Assembly: GCA_964577555.1 (NCBI GenBank)
Contig: CAZNZM010000003.1
Location: 74,047-106,046 of the forward strand
Length of the DNA: 32,000 bases
Source of the DNA: an uncultured archaeon
GTDB taxonomy: Archaea > Iainarchaeota > Iainarchaeia > Iainarchaeales > Iainarchaeaceae
Direction: 5' to 3'
A model generated the notes under the pieces. The model saw only the letters and a list, made by a program, of their open reading frames with translations, did no database searches and was not told the origin of the DNA. Positions within the stretch are counted from its first letter, which is position 1, and the number at the start of each line of letters is the position of its first letter. The translations under genes and the position numbers were made by a program. This document shows, piece by piece, positions 17,230-27,200 of this stretch.

Positions 17230-17965
17230 GTCTTTTGCCTAACGTGTTTGTTTTTCTTATAAAAAAATTTTCAAATACATTTGCAATTTTTTTGTGTAGG
17301 CTTTGCAAGTCGTTTTTTTAATTTTTGTCATTTTTTTTGATATTTTTATTTTAAAAGTTCAAATCTTTTTGTTTTGGCGAGCCGAGTTTTTTTGTCTTTT
17401 TTGGCAGGTGTTTTTTTGTCAATTTTTTTTGTAATTTTACTTTTTTTCTTAATTTATTTTTTTTAAATTTATTTTGTTTTTGTCTTTGTTTTGGCTGGTT
17501 GTTTTTTTTTGTTTCTTTTTTTTGAGTTGTTTTTTTAGATGTTTGTTTTTGTAAGCTGTTTTTTTGTTTTTTTGTGAGCCAATTTTTTTTGTCATTATTT
17601 TTTTTTGAATTCTTTTTTTTGTCAATTATTTTTTGTCAAGTTGTTTTTTTTATTTTTTTTTAATTTTTTTGCTTGTTTTCAAGTCGATTTATTTTTTAGA
17701 TGTTTTTTTTGTCTTTGGCTTTGGTTTTGTCACGCCAGCTTTTTTGTTTTGTTTTTTTTTTTTGTATTTGGGATTTGGTTTGTACCCCCATCATTTTTTT
17801 TTTTTTTTTTTTGTTGTTTTTTTTGTGAACCGTTTTTTCTAATTTTTTTTGCTTTATTTTTTTTGTTATTTTCAGTGTTGTGTTTGTTTTTTATTTGCAA
17901 TTTGTTTTTTTTGCTAACTGTTTTTTTTGACAATTTTTATTTTTTTTATGAGTTAATTTTTTTTG
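17230..17965. other. Extended T-rich (+ strand) low-complexity intergenic tract
   Basis: About 0.7 kb dominated by T runs of 5 to 19 nt, including a 19-T run at 17794-17812 and GCGAGCC-like cores at about 17377, 17574 and 17825. Confidence 0.85.
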
Positions 17966-17971
17966 TTTGTT

Positions 17972-18976
17972 TTATTTGTAAAGCATGCCGTAGTACATGT
18001 TTTCTAATATTGCCCAATATTCTATTCTTTTTCCTGTTGAAGGATCTATTGGCATTTTTTCACTGACAAAATATTCTGGCGGAAAGGAGTAATATGCTAC
18101 TCTTTCTCCTAGTCCTGTGGCAACTATTGCTGGGAATTCTCTTCCAAGTTGGTATTTTTTTTGTTCAAGCCAAAAGTATTCTTTTGGTGGTTCGGTTACG
18201 ATGTTTGAACCGTAATCCAAAACTGCAAGGGTTTTTTGGTACGCGTCGGTGTTTATTTTTACAATGGAAAAATCGCCGTAAAGTTTTAGGTTTTGGGATA
18301 TTCCAAGGGTAAGCCGGTCGTTTTGGTTTAAGACATTCAAAAACCCTGTGTAATCATCGTTGCATTCTTTTATTTCACAGTAATTTCCAATGTATTCAAC
18401 GCCAAGAACGTAATCAAAAGAAACTTGTTTGTTGCCGCTTTTTCTTGCCCAAGGGCTTATGAATGATTCTGAACCTCCTTTTTTTCTTTCTGAATATTTT
18501 AAAAAGTAATTTTTGTCGGATTCGAATTCAGGAGCCGTTGTTCCTGCGTTTCCTATCCAAACAAGTTTTCCTCCATGATTGACGTATTCTTCAAACATTT
18601 TCAATTCGCTTATGCTCATTTCTCTTGCTTTTTCGACAATAACTAATTGGTGTTGTTGGAGCATAGGCAAGGTTACCAATTCTATGTCTTTTAAAGTTAT
18701 GTCTGCCCTGAATTTTGGCGATCTCAATGTTTCGTAAAGAAAATCAGGGTCTCCTATTCCTTCTTCTCCGCTAACTATAAGTATTTTCGGTTTTCCGTTG
18801 GAAATTATTCCGTAATATAAGTCGCATAAGGTAGGGTTGTATGCTCCGCACGAAATAATGTTGAAATGTATGAAGATAAAAAACAGTGTGAATAGTAGTA
18901 TTAAAAGTATTAAAATGTTGATTGCTATGTTGTTTTTTTTTGGTTGGGTTTTTAATTGTTCATTTGGATAAGTCAT
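17972..18976 (-). CDS. Membrane-anchored protein with class I glutamine-amidotransferase-like fold (predicted)
   Basis: 334 aa. N-terminal TM INILILLILLFTLFFIFIHF, then KPKILIVSGEEGIGDPDFLYETLR ... QLVIVEKAREMSISELKMFEEYVNHGGKLVWIGNAGTTAPE, resembling GATase-like/DUF4350-type domains. Confidence 0.75.
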   Translation of the reverse strand: MTYPNEQLKTQPKKNNIAINILILLILLFTLFFIFIHFNIISCGAYNPTLCDLYYGIISNGKPKILIVSGEEGIGDPDFLYETLRSPKFRADITLKDIELVTLPMLQQHQLVIVEKAREMSISELKMFEEYVNHGGKLVWIGNAGTTAPEFESDKNYFLKYSERKKGGSESFISPWARKSGNKQVSFDYVLGVEYIGNYCEIKECNDDYTGFLNVLNQNDRLTLGISQNLKLYGDFSIVKINTDAYQKTLAVLDYGSNIVTEPPKEYFWLEQKKYQLGREFPAIVATGLGERVAYYSFPPEYFVSEKMPIDPSTGKRIEYWAILENMYYGMLYK

Positions 18977-19203
18977 ATTATAGGAACTACTGATGCTTAA
19001 TTAATTTTTTCGTATTTTGGCGTTTTGCATGGATTTTTTGTTTTTGGTTTTTATAAAGTGTTTTGTTGCTTGAGCTAATACAAACCATTTTTTTTATTTT
19101 TTTTTATGTTTTTTTTTTAATTTTGTGTTTTGGTTGTTATGGTTGGTTAAGCTAGTTTTTTTTGTTGTTTTAAATCAAGGTTTGTTGGTCTTTTTATTTT
19201 TTT

Positions 19204-22200
19204 TTAATTTGAAAAGCATGTGTTGGCGTTGAATCCTTCGTTGGATAGGTTGTTTAGTTTGTCTCTGAAATTAGAGATTATTTCTTGTTCGTTCCAGTAT
19301 ATTCCTACGTTTAGAGGTGCTTTTGAGTATCCTTGTTCGATTGTTCCGTATGCTATGCATGTTTGTTCGTTTTCTATTTTGTTTAATGTATCGCTTATTG
19401 TCCATAATGCTTGGCTTGGGTTGTCGAGTGTGATTTCAGTATCTGTTCCTTTTATGTATCTTGCACCGCTGATATTTCCATTGTCATTTAATGTTGGAAC
19501 GTATATTACTCCTTGGTTTTGGCAGGCGTTTTTTATTCTTATTTGGTCGCCTTTACTTGGGGCATAAAGTATTGTTTCAAGAGCAATGTCGTTTTTGGAA
19601 GTGCTTTCCCTTCCAAATACATATATTACGCGTGTGTTTTCCAATTCTTTGGCTATGTCGCATTTTGGGCCAGTGTATGAGCTTAGTTGTGAGTCTGTTC
19701 CTATTAGTTCTGGCAATGGTTTTCGAGTGTCAAGATCGTTGCATATCGGGGTTTCATCTTTTAGATATGCTATTTCCACTAGCCTTGCAAGACTTGGGCC
19801 TGCATCTATGCTTCCTTTGCTATCTTTTATAATGTATCCCATGGCGTTTTTTTTGCCATCGTTTTCTGCTTTGAAAATTATTGGTATTGGCAGCGAGGCA
19901 GCGAATGTCATGGAGTATTCTGGGGTTTGGTTGTTTGTTTCTTTTTTTGAGATTGAAAGTATTTTTCCTGGTTCGTTTTTGCTTAAACTTATAAAGTCGT
20001 TTTTGCGTTCTACTTCAATTATTGCAATTGGTTTGGAGTCGTTTGTTGTTGGAATTGTATAAACGTCAAAGTCGTGCCTTTCGTTCAATATAAAAAATGG
20101 GACTTGGCTGTTTTGGTTTTTTAGTTTGAAGCCAACTCCGTAGCCGTCTCTATGCAATACGTCTCCGGTTTTTCCAACGTAGGCGTCGATTGGCAGATAG
20201 TATAGCAGGTTTGCTGGGAATTCTTCGTCAGTTATTTTTGTGAATTTGACTAATATTTTTGCTTTTGGGTTTCCTTCATTATCAAATAATTTTTGGAATT
20301 TTGAATCGTCCAATTCAAACGAAATTGTAATCAAGTATTTTCCTGGTTGGAGTATTGGTTCTGGCGTTGAGAATACAAGCCTTGTTTGGTCTTTGAAATA
20401 TTTGTCCCAGGACATTTGTTTGGCGTTTCCTGTAGTATAGTATTTGATTATTTGTGCTTGGTTGTCAAAAAATCGTTCACGCATAAAGGCGTCAAAGTCG
20501 TTTCTGAAGTCTTGAGAAAAGCCGTCTCGCATCATATAAACTGGGAAAGATAGTTTAGAATTGGCTTGTGCAATGTTTCCTTCAGATATTAAATCGTTTA
20601 TTGTGTTGAGTTTTTTTATTAGCATTATTGAAAATTGTGTTGAATCGCATACGTTATAATTGCCTAAATTGTCTGGAGAACAAAAGTTTTCTGAAATGTT
20701 GTTGGGTCTCCATTCGTATTTTATTTTTGGTTTTACGTCTTTGCCTGTAAATGCAGTATTTCTGCCTGTTGAAATAATAGAGCCATCAAGTTCTCGGCAT
20801 ATGCCTGCTGAAACGGCTTTGATTTCAATCATGTATTTTTCCTTGTCAATCCAAGCCAAATTTGTATTTGTTATTATTGGCTCGTCAGTTATTACTTTTC
20901 TTGAAGATGTTCTTCCGTAAACTCTTGCACTGTTTGGGTTTTCTTGTATTATAAAAATTTCGGTGTCGTTGCTTGCTATTCTTTGTCCTAAAGTGTTAGT
21001 AGTGAATTTTTCTCTTGTTAATGTATTTGTGAAGCTGACTTTTCCGATTGTGAAAGAAACCATGCCGTGGTTGCCAATTGGAAGTTCAGGTGAGAACAAG
21101 CCAAGGTCTTTTGTACCTTCAAAAATATTGATTGTTGCTTTTTGTAATGGTGTTTCGGCTTTTGTATAGCTTTGAGGTCCAAAAGAGATGTCAATAATTC
21201 TGTCTTGAACTGTTTCTCCGTCAAAAGTTTTTCCTATGCGAAAGAAATCGCTTTTGTAATTGTTGCCTATACTTGGATCATTTACTCCTATTATGCCTTC
21301 CATTTTCCAAGTGTAATTTTTGAATGTTTTGCCTTCTGGGTCTATTTCCCCTGGAACAGTGAATTCTGCTAATAGTGATTCTTCTATGTCGCCTGTGTGT
21401 GAATTATTGTAATATTTGAGTGTTTCTGGTTTGTTGCATGCGTCGCCAGAATTTGGAACGGCTACGCTGTGAAAGCTTCTTGACACCACTAGTCTTCCTG
21501 TTTCGTCATAAATTTCAAAGAAATGAACTGGGACGCCGTATGATGTTGTTTCGGGGCTGTCGTTGCAGAATTGTGCGTAATATTTTTTTCCAGGTTCTAC
21601 TTGGAAACTTCCTGTTTTTAAAAATGGGGTGATTGCAATTGCGTTTACCGTGAATTCCACGTCCATATTGATTGGCTCTATTTTTTTTCTTGAATCGGCT
21701 GTTTTTACCCCGTATATGTCTGAATATGTTATTTTTAGGGATAGTTGTTCTTGTTGTGGTGAAACGTTTGGTCTTTGAGCTGTTGCTTTCATTTTCAAAA
21801 TATAACTTGCGTTTCTGCCTAATTCCAAACCTGGTTTGAAATCTGGAAAACTGCAATCTTTCAAATACCCTCGCGAACCTCCGGTGCTGCAAAAACCTTC
21901 TGCGGGTTCCACGCTGTCTATTTTTATATCTACGTTGCTTTCATTTTTTACTTCCCAGAAGAAATTCACTTCTTTTTCCGTTTCGTTTCCCCAAATGCTT
22001 TTAAGCAATCCTATTGTGTTGCTTTTTGCTGGTTTTATGCTTATTTGTCCTGGCACTACTATTATTTGTATATCCGCGTATTTTACCCAGTCATTAGGGT
22101 TTGTCGGATTTGCATTTATTTTTCTTGTGTATTCTATTCTGAAATCATATGTTCCGGCTTGGTTGAAAGGCAATGATTCCAAATAATCAGTTTTGATTCC

Positions 22201-22572
22201 ATGCAATACGTTTCCTCCGTCGCATGCTTCGGCGTTTGTAATTTCATAGCCTTTTATCCATTCTTCTTCGGTTCCAAGCCCTGTTATTTTTACGACTTTT
22301 AAAGGCATTTTGACTTCTCTTCTTGCGCCATCCACGCATTGGTCTATGTATGTTGAAATGTTTGTCAGTTTTAGTTTTGTTCCTTCTGGCACAACAAATG
22401 TGCGTTTATTGTTGTTGGATGTTATTTCTTTGAATTCAGGTGTAAAAGTTATTGTCATGGATGGCGATGTATTGATTTCAAAGTAATGGCAGTGCCTGCC
22501 TGCAAAAACAGGTGAAGAAAATAGCGTTAGGATTATTGGCAATAATAATGCAATTGCTTCAAAGCGTTTCAT
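19204..22572 (-). CDS. Very large secreted surface protein
   Basis: About 1,122 aa from ATG 22572 with a strong SD (AGGAGG) upstream. The track start at 22599 adds MLCLQGGKK, which is probably not translated. Signal peptide MKRFEAIALLLPIILTLFSSPVFA. No obvious C-terminal TM. Confidence 0.85.
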   Translation of the reverse strand: MKRFEAIALLLPIILTLFSSPVFAGRHCHYFEINTSPSMTITFTPEFKEITSNNNKRTFVVPEGTKLKLTNISTYIDQCVDGARREVKMPLKVVKITGLGTEEEWIKGYEITNAEACDGGNVLHGIKTDYLESLPFNQAGTYDFRIEYTRKINANPTNPNDWVKYADIQIIVVPGQISIKPAKSNTIGLLKSIWGNETEKEVNFFWEVKNESNVDIKIDSVEPAEGFCSTGGSRGYLKDCSFPDFKPGLELGRNASYILKMKATAQRPNVSPQQEQLSLKITYSDIYGVKTADSRKKIEPINMDVEFTVNAIAITPFLKTGSFQVEPGKKYYAQFCNDSPETTSYGVPVHFFEIYDETGRLVVSRSFHSVAVPNSGDACNKPETLKYYNNSHTGDIEESLLAEFTVPGEIDPEGKTFKNYTWKMEGIIGVNDPSIGNNYKSDFFRIGKTFDGETVQDRIIDISFGPQSYTKAETPLQKATINIFEGTKDLGLFSPELPIGNHGMVSFTIGKVSFTNTLTREKFTTNTLGQRIASNDTEIFIIQENPNSARVYGRTSSRKVITDEPIITNTNLAWIDKEKYMIEIKAVSAGICRELDGSIISTGRNTAFTGKDVKPKIKYEWRPNNISENFCSPDNLGNYNVCDSTQFSIMLIKKLNTINDLISEGNIAQANSKLSFPVYMMRDGFSQDFRNDFDAFMRERFFDNQAQIIKYYTTGNAKQMSWDKYFKDQTRLVFSTPEPILQPGKYLITISFELDDSKFQKLFDNEGNPKAKILVKFTKITDEEFPANLLYYLPIDAYVGKTGDVLHRDGYGVGFKLKNQNSQVPFFILNERHDFDVYTIPTTNDSKPIAIIEVERKNDFISLSKNEPGKILSISKKETNNQTPEYSMTFAASLPIPIIFKAENDGKKNAMGYIIKDSKGSIDAGPSLARLVEIAYLKDETPICNDLDTRKPLPELIGTDSQLSSYTGPKCDIAKELENTRVIYVFGRESTSKNDIALETILYAPSKGDQIRIKNACQNQGVIYVPTLNDNGNISGARYIKGTDTEITLDNPSQALWTISDTLNKIENEQTCIAYGTIEQGYSKAPLNVGIYWNEQEIISNFRDKLNNLSNEGFNANTCFSN

Positions 22573-24274
22573 TTTTTTGCCTCCTTGCAGACAAAGCAAT
22601 TAGAACTAATAAGACAATTATGATTGCGGCAAGTATGATAAATTCAAATTGAACACTGAATTGTTCTTTGTAATTTTCAATTTGTGTGCTTGATTCTTCT
22701 TCACATGTTCCTTTACAGCAAATTCCTTTTTCTGATGCAATGTCAATTTTGTTTCCGTTGCATTTTGTGTTTGATTCGCAAAGCACTCCGCCAAGTTCGT
22801 TGCACGATTTTGGTTTTTCAACTGTTAAATCTATTTCTTTTGATATTTGTTTGTTGTTTTTGAAGTCGTTTACAAGCACTAAATATTTTTTTCTTTCAAT
22901 TGGGTAATATTTTTCAAGGCAATTGCCGGAATCGAAAGATTCATAATATCTTTCTAGGGAATTTTCTGCTTCAACAACCGAAATTGACAAATTAATGTCT
23001 TCTTCGTTGCCGTTTGCTGCAAAGCCGCAAGCCTTTATTTTGAGTTCTGATGGCTCTGAAAAAATCGTTTCAAGCCTGATTTCTCCCTTTTTTCCGTTAT
23101 AATCTGTTTCTATTGGAAATATTTCAAAGCAATACTTGTCGTGGGTTGTGTTGTCTTTTTCTATTGCGCTGCATACTGTGAATTTTTGGTATGCCAAATC
23201 AGGCGTGAAATTTGCGTTTATTTCTTTTTCAATTTCTTTGAATTTTAAAGCAGGTATGTGTTGTTTTCCTTCGAATATTTTTTTTGCGTCTTTTTCTATC
23301 CAAATTGAAACGTTGAAATCGTAAAAATCCGGTTTTGTGTAATGGTCCGGAGAAGAGCCTATTAATGCATAAATTTTGACTGGTTTGTTTGGTTTTAATT
23401 CATCTCCATAAAAAGCCATTTTTTTTATTTTTGCGGTGGGTCCTTCAACTATTGCTCTATTTCTGTAAAGCGAGATTGTTTTGCCGTCTTTGTCCATTAA
23501 CTCTATTCTGATTGCGTATGCGCCTGGCATTGCTGGTGCTTTGAGTGTTAAATTGACTTGTTTTTCTTCGTTGGCTTCCAATTCAAGGTTTGTTTTTGCT
23601 TCTGTTAAAAATTTTTCGCATGCTGTGTCGTCCCAATCGCATAAACCAGTCCAAAGAACAAGGTTTTGTAATTTTTGATTTGACTGGTTTTTCAAGAAAA
23701 TTTTACCTTCAATGTTTTGTTCTGGTTTAACCCAAGTTCCGATTGGTCCTGTGTCTCCGTTGAATTCTGTTTTTGTTCTTATTATGGTTGCGTTAGGGAA
23801 AGAGCCTGTTCCTTGTACTTTGAATTCTTTTTCAACAGGGTTGAGGAAAATATGAGGTATTCCGGTTATTGGGGATCTTTTTGTTTTGAAGTATGCTAAA
23901 ATAGTGTAAGTTCCTTCTTTGATATCTTTTGGCAGTGGGATTTCAAATGGGATTTTTTTTTCTTGGTTGGGCAACAATGCTATTGGGAACTTTTTTTCAA
24001 GGAAAATGTTTCCATTGTCTGAGAGTTGGGATGGATAACTTATGCTGCCTTTTGGTCCTGAAGCGATTTCTACAATTATTTCAGAATCATAAAATCCTGC
24101 TGAATCAGAATTGCCTGCTCTAAAATATCCTTTTAAATTTTCTCCCGCCTTGAGATTGTCTTTTTCAAGGTTTATTTCTACAAATCCTGTAAAAAATATG
24201 CTGGCTGATTGGGTTGGCATTGCCGAGAGAATCAGGATTATAATGCACATTGTTTTTGCAAAATAGGTTGCCAC
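22559..24274 (-). CDS. Surface protein with signal peptide and C-terminal TM anchor
   Basis: 571 aa. N-terminal MCIIILILSAMPTQSA, beta-domain composition, a Cys-rich segment CNELGGVLCESNTKCNGNKIDIASEKGICCKGTCEEE, and C-terminal TM QFEFIILAAIIIVLLVLIALSARRQK. Confidence 0.88.
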   Translation of the reverse strand: MATYFAKTMCIIILILSAMPTQSASIFFTGFVEINLEKDNLKAGENLKGYFRAGNSDSAGFYDSEIIVEIASGPKGSISYPSQLSDNGNIFLEKKFPIALLPNQEKKIPFEIPLPKDIKEGTYTILAYFKTKRSPITGIPHIFLNPVEKEFKVQGTGSFPNATIIRTKTEFNGDTGPIGTWVKPEQNIEGKIFLKNQSNQKLQNLVLWTGLCDWDDTACEKFLTEAKTNLELEANEEKQVNLTLKAPAMPGAYAIRIELMDKDGKTISLYRNRAIVEGPTAKIKKMAFYGDELKPNKPVKIYALIGSSPDHYTKPDFYDFNVSIWIEKDAKKIFEGKQHIPALKFKEIEKEINANFTPDLAYQKFTVCSAIEKDNTTHDKYCFEIFPIETDYNGKKGEIRLETIFSEPSELKIKACGFAANGNEEDINLSISVVEAENSLERYYESFDSGNCLEKYYPIERKKYLVLVNDFKNNKQISKEIDLTVEKPKSCNELGGVLCESNTKCNGNKIDIASEKGICCKGTCEEESSTQIENYKEQFSVQFEFIILAAIIIVLLVLIALSARRQKNETL

Positions 24275-27200
24275 TTAATCAACTCCTTTATAGTAATCTT
24301 CAATTGTAATTAAAAAGAATGGATCTTCTAGGTTGTTTGTCAGGCCTGTGTTGGAAAGTATCAGTATTTCTTCTCTTGAGTTTGGGGTTTTGTTTATTTG
24401 CAATGGTGTTATATTGAGTTTTCTTGTGAATTTGTTGGCAAGGTCATTGTAAGGGTATGATTTGTTCAGGTTGTTTTCAGCTGGATCTTCTAGGCCTGTG
24501 TATGCTTTGTTTATTATGGCTACTTTCTCTTTGCCGTTTAAGAAGTCAAGCGTGTATTTGTTGTTGAGTTCGTCGCCCGCAAGCATTTCTGGGTTAATGC
24601 GTGTTATTACTAGTCTTGCTGTTTCGTCGTTAATTATAACTTTTACTATTCCTGCTCTATAAATTTTTGTTTCGCCTTTGTATTTTGCCAAAACATAAAT
24701 CGGGTGTATCCCTAATTGCTTATTGGATGATACGTTGAAAGTCGCTTTGTTTCCAGGTGTTAGCGTAATAGGTTCTGATTCGTTTAATGTTTCCGAAAGC
24801 CTTGTTATTGAATCTTTTATCACTATGTCGCTTTCCGTGTCTTTTGCAAGTTTTATTTCTATTTCTTTTTCGCATTCGTTTTGTATATTAAAATTGGTTG
24901 TATTTTTTCTTTGTATTTGAAGGATTAATTCATTTTCTATTTCTGGTGTTTCATTGTTTTCTTTTGAAAATTTTACGCATTGTATTGTTTCTTTTTGCGG
25001 CAAAGGGATTGACACGGTTTGCAATTCTGCGCTTGCGGTTTTATAATTTGGCAGTTTTTCAGCTTTAACAATTATTTTTTTGCCGCTTTCAAAAGGCGGC
25101 ACCGTCAAATTTACTATTCCTGAATTGTTTGTCAGGTAATTTGTGTTTTTTGATATTTGCGTGTCCGGGTCTTGAGGGTTTTCATACATTTTTATTTCGG
25201 CTTCGTTTATTGGGTTGTTTCTTTCATCTTTTGCGGTGGCAAGAACCATTGTTGTTATTCCTGCAGTGATTGTAGTTGGTTGCAGTGTCAGTAAAATGTT
25301 TTTTAATCCTTCAACTGCTAAATTGGCTATAAATGTGTCTCCTTTGGTTCCAAGGTTCAAGCTTAAATTCAAGTCTGCTTCTTGCAAAGGTTTTTTTGCA
25401 ACGAATTCAACTCTGTATTCTTGTCCTGTTATTTGTTGGTTTGCGCCGAATTCTCCTATTGTTCTCTCGTTTCCAACAGTTATTTCAAGGGGGTTTAAAG
25501 CGTTTTTGTTTTTTACTGTCATTTTGACGTTTGAATAGCTTTTTCCTGATAAATTCAAAAGCGAGTATGTTAACGTATATGTTTTTCCTTCAAGCAGCTT
25601 GTAAATTTTTTGTTCTTCCAGCGGAATGGTTCTTTCTTCATCAATCAAATTTACTGATGTGAAAACGATTCCGCAATTAGATTTGCATATTGGGGCATCA
25701 AGTCTTGCACTCCAAAAATATAATTCTCTTGGTTTTGGTTTAAATGTTTCAACACCGTTAATTGTTCCTTTTGCACCCCAGCGCATTTCTATGATTGTAT
25801 CTGGTTTTTGTGTTTCTGGAATTTCTTTTATTTTTACTGCCGCTGAAATTATGTAAGTGGTTTTTTCGGATGTGCCTAATGAAATTACTGCTTGTTTAGC
25901 GTCGCCAGAGGTTATGGAACAATCAGCATAGTCGTTTTCAGGGTTGAAGCATCCTGAATAAACCACTTCTGTTGATGCCGCATTTATTCCTGTTATTACT
26001 ATTTTGCTGTCATTGGAGTTTGTTTGGTTTTGAAGCCCGGCTCTGAAAACCGCTTTGAGGTTTTCTATTTTGTCTCCTGTTTGAAGCCTGAATTTGAAAA
26101 CGTATTTTTTTCCTGATTCTATTTTGTCTGCAATTCTTCCATCTTCTTTGAAAACGTTTTCCAATTCTATTTTGAATTCTGGATTTGCTGGGGGTTCTGG
26201 CAGTTTGACAAGTGTTACTGTTTCTATTTTTTTTACGTCTGGTTCTATTGTTATTTGTCCTGTTTCAGTTTTCAAATACCCGTTTTTTTGTATTATTAGT
26301 TTTGGTTTTGCATCTACTTTGAATTTTACTGATTCTGTCAATCCGTTGTTTTGAGTGATTTTTTTGGCTAGTTCTTTTCCGTTTATTGAATCTATGAAAC
26401 TGACGTTTGCACTTTGCACTGCTTTGCCGTCAACGTCAACTACTTTGACTGCCAATTCGCCGTTAGCCAGTACAATGGTTATTGGCAATTCTAGAGTTCT
26501 GCCTGGTCTGAGGTCTGCTTTTGCCGATTTGCCTGTGTTTTTTGCACCATCCACGTATTTCACTGCTTCTGCGTAATAATTGCCCGGTGGCATGTTGTTT
26601 GCTTCAAATATTCCGTTTGAATCGGTTTCGCCTTCAACGAAAATAATTGGGTTGGATTTTTCATAAATAGCCACGCTTGCGTTTGGTACGCTCTTTCTTG
26701 AATAGTCATTGACAATTACTTTGATTTTGCCCGAGTTAGATTGTTCAGCTTTTTCGATTTTGATTTCTTGCGGCTGTGTGCTGTCAATTGGTTTGAGATC
26801 TAAATGCGGTATTATTTTTCTGACATATTCTGGGTGGCTTGCTATTGCTGAATAGTTTTTGTCAGGTTCCAGGTTTATGAAAGAGACAATTCCGTCAGAG
26901 CCAGATGTTTTTAATACGCCTGAGTTTTGCAAGCCGATTATTAGGTTTGTATTGACTCCTTCTACTGCTGTTGAGGATTTTTTGTCAATAAATTTCAAGA
27001 GTGCCTTTTTTGCATTGTTTGGTTTTTCCAAGAGTATTTCTATTGTTTTTGTGTTTCCTTCTGAAAATTCAGCAGCTCCTATTGTGAATTCGTTGCTTTG
27101 TCCTATTGTATAACCTGTGTTTTCTGGAGGAATTGCTTCTGCAATATAAGTTCCGAGTGGGACGTTTGGAATTATTTTGGATCCGCTGTCGTCTGTGTAG

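Noticed and set aside
17605-18066. ORFs 17605..18066 (+), 17633..17842 (+) and 17730..17933 (-) as genes
   Set aside because: They are Phe-rich or Lys-rich translations of homopolymer tracts, and are more likely non-coding.
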